Source: Tubiluchus corallicola (Eukaryota; Animalia; Priapulida). From it: a stretch of 64,000 bases of DNA. The position numbers and the translations under genes were made by a program. The DNA lies in assembly GCA_030141605.1 (NCBI GenBank), contig JAQGDQ010000252.1, positions 248,001-312,000 on the forward strand, written 5' to 3'. Below are positions 62,370 through 64,000 of this stretch, piece after piece (within the stretch, counting starts at the first letter, position 1; every line of letters begins with the position of its first letter). The notes under the pieces are model-generated. The model was given only the letters and a program-made list of their open reading frames with translations. It was not told the origin of the DNA and did no database searches.

Positions 62370-63498
62370 ACGCAAAATCACTTTATAGTCCTGGCTATTT
62401 CACGTGCCGATTTTTGAATGAAACAAAAAATTAGTGGCCAGTTGAAGATAGCAGTGTCCTGTCAAAGGTATGACGAGCTTCTACAAAAATTAGACAGCTA
62501 CATTGACATTTCTCAGTGTACTGTAGTAAACGACTTTCACTTTTGCCAAAGACGAAAGTTGTATTACATATTTATTTAACCTGCAAATTAAGTTCAGATC
62601 AGCAACTGCAAATTGAAAAATGATTAAATCACTGTACTTCCCTAAACATGTGCTAAATAGATTTGCACACACTCCTAAAATAGTTTATAAGGCATATATT
62701 ACTAAAACGTGAAGCCTGACATTATTCTTCATAATCAAAATTACAATGTCTAACTTTTCTCAACTTTAATCTTTTTAATTTGGTCTATTCACAAAAAATT
62801 TAATGTTCGTATCAAAGTATTCTAGCAGCAATTAAAACGCAGACTCTAAATTCAGATGAGGTAATGAGAATACCACCCAGCACTGAACTTTGCGTTTTAA
62901 TCCAATAGGTCACAGTTACCGCAAAGAGTGGAAACTCAAAGCAATATAAAATAAGAAAAACTTTAACTACCTAATATTTTCAACTCCTTTTGCGAACTTC
63001 GCCCATCTTACGAGACGGAGATGCATCCCAATTAACTGTGAAAAAGTACTCGGTGTCGAGCGAAAGATGAATACGTTACATAATTTAATTCATTTGCATT
63101 TTATTGTCCATGTTACGATATATAGTACAAGACGTAATGATCATGTGACTGTACTACAGCGGTTGGATTAAAATGATGACACTGTTTTACTGTGTAAGCG
63201 TTCCTTTCGATTATGTTTGAGCACCATCCATAATCGCAACAGTCCACATACGCTTACACCTTCTAATAACAATGATGATATGTTTTTTAAAATCACTGAA
63301 AAAGTGAGGAAACTTTTAAGTGGGTTCTTTCGAAAAGTAAAAATCATGAAAATGCTATGTCTAAGTTCAGAATCTGGCAACATTAAAACCAAGGCACTAA
63401 AATTAATACCCAGTATTAAACCTGCTGCTTCTTGCCTCTTGCTGGAGTGGGATTATAAAAACAATGAGTAATAGCACACAAAAATCTGTTACATTAAG

Positions 63499-63785
63499 GT
63501 ATTGCTGAATTAATAGAGAATATCAATCATGCTCTTAAGATGTTCATGAAAACCTCGCAGTGTGCGACAGCATGCAATCTTGAAAGGTATGTGATTCAAG
63601 CTGATCAAAGTAGGAGAATAGCCAGAAAATTCGCCAGACTCAACTTCGCTGTAGCATATTGGAGAGTAGGTGCTATGACGATCGAAGATGACATCACAAA
63701 ATTTTCTTCAAAACACAAGTTTGTGAGACATCTGCAAAACATGTTGGAGACTCTGGAGTTTGGCCCTGATTGTTTCGATTCTCTG
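63499..63785 (+). CDS. Possible internal exon of an unidentified gene divergent from Abi
   Basis: Open frame GIAELIENINHALKMF...LETLEFGPDCFDSL between a weak acceptor (cattaag|) and a good donor (CTG|gtatgc). No recognisable domain; any gene would extend beyond the window. Confidence 0.3.
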
Positions 63786-64000
63786 GTATGCACTTTTATC
63801 AAAATTCCAAGCTGCAAAGACACAGAGTGACTGTCATCCTAAATATTAAGATAATGGCAGATTCAAGCAATATTCTGATGTATCCTAGCAAAGAACCACT
63901 AAACCAGCCCATTCAGGCTTATATGTGTCATTTGGTACATTTGGTTGCAATTGTGGTGTATTCTAGCATTCTGGGAATTGTAATGAGAAGCTATATCTTG

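Overview
AT-rich, intron-rich eukaryotic (invertebrate animal) DNA; no prokaryotic features. I reconstructed four complete spliced genes by hand, each with GT-AG introns and consistent phases. (1) A cuticlin-like ZP-domain membrane protein, minus strand, 9 exons, 3343-11090, ~438 aa. (2) A 14-finger C2H2 zinc-finger protein, minus, 3 coding exons, 25094-28037, 500 aa. (3) Cytoplasmic dynein 1 intermediate chain, plus, 14 core exons, 34472-48000, ~637 aa. (4) Abl-interactor (Abi), minus, 8 exons, 52181-60668, 445 aa. The acidic 3' end of a plus-strand gene enters at the left edge, and a possible exon of an unknown gene lies at the right edge. The most interesting signal is a frame-preserving cassette-exon module in the dynein IC gene (18-, 21- and 51-nt exons plus three in-frame tandem acceptors). 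Its peptides (SLDYY, FEWEDEF, VLVFD) echo the alternatively spliced variable region of Drosophila Cdic/sw. Also present: a 29-bp minisatellite with X-box-like motifs just after the dynein stop, an ~880-bp tandem duplication, and several non-autonomous DNA transposons (hAT-, Tc1/pogo-, Sola- and Helentron-like). All gene models are from manual reading, without RNA evidence.
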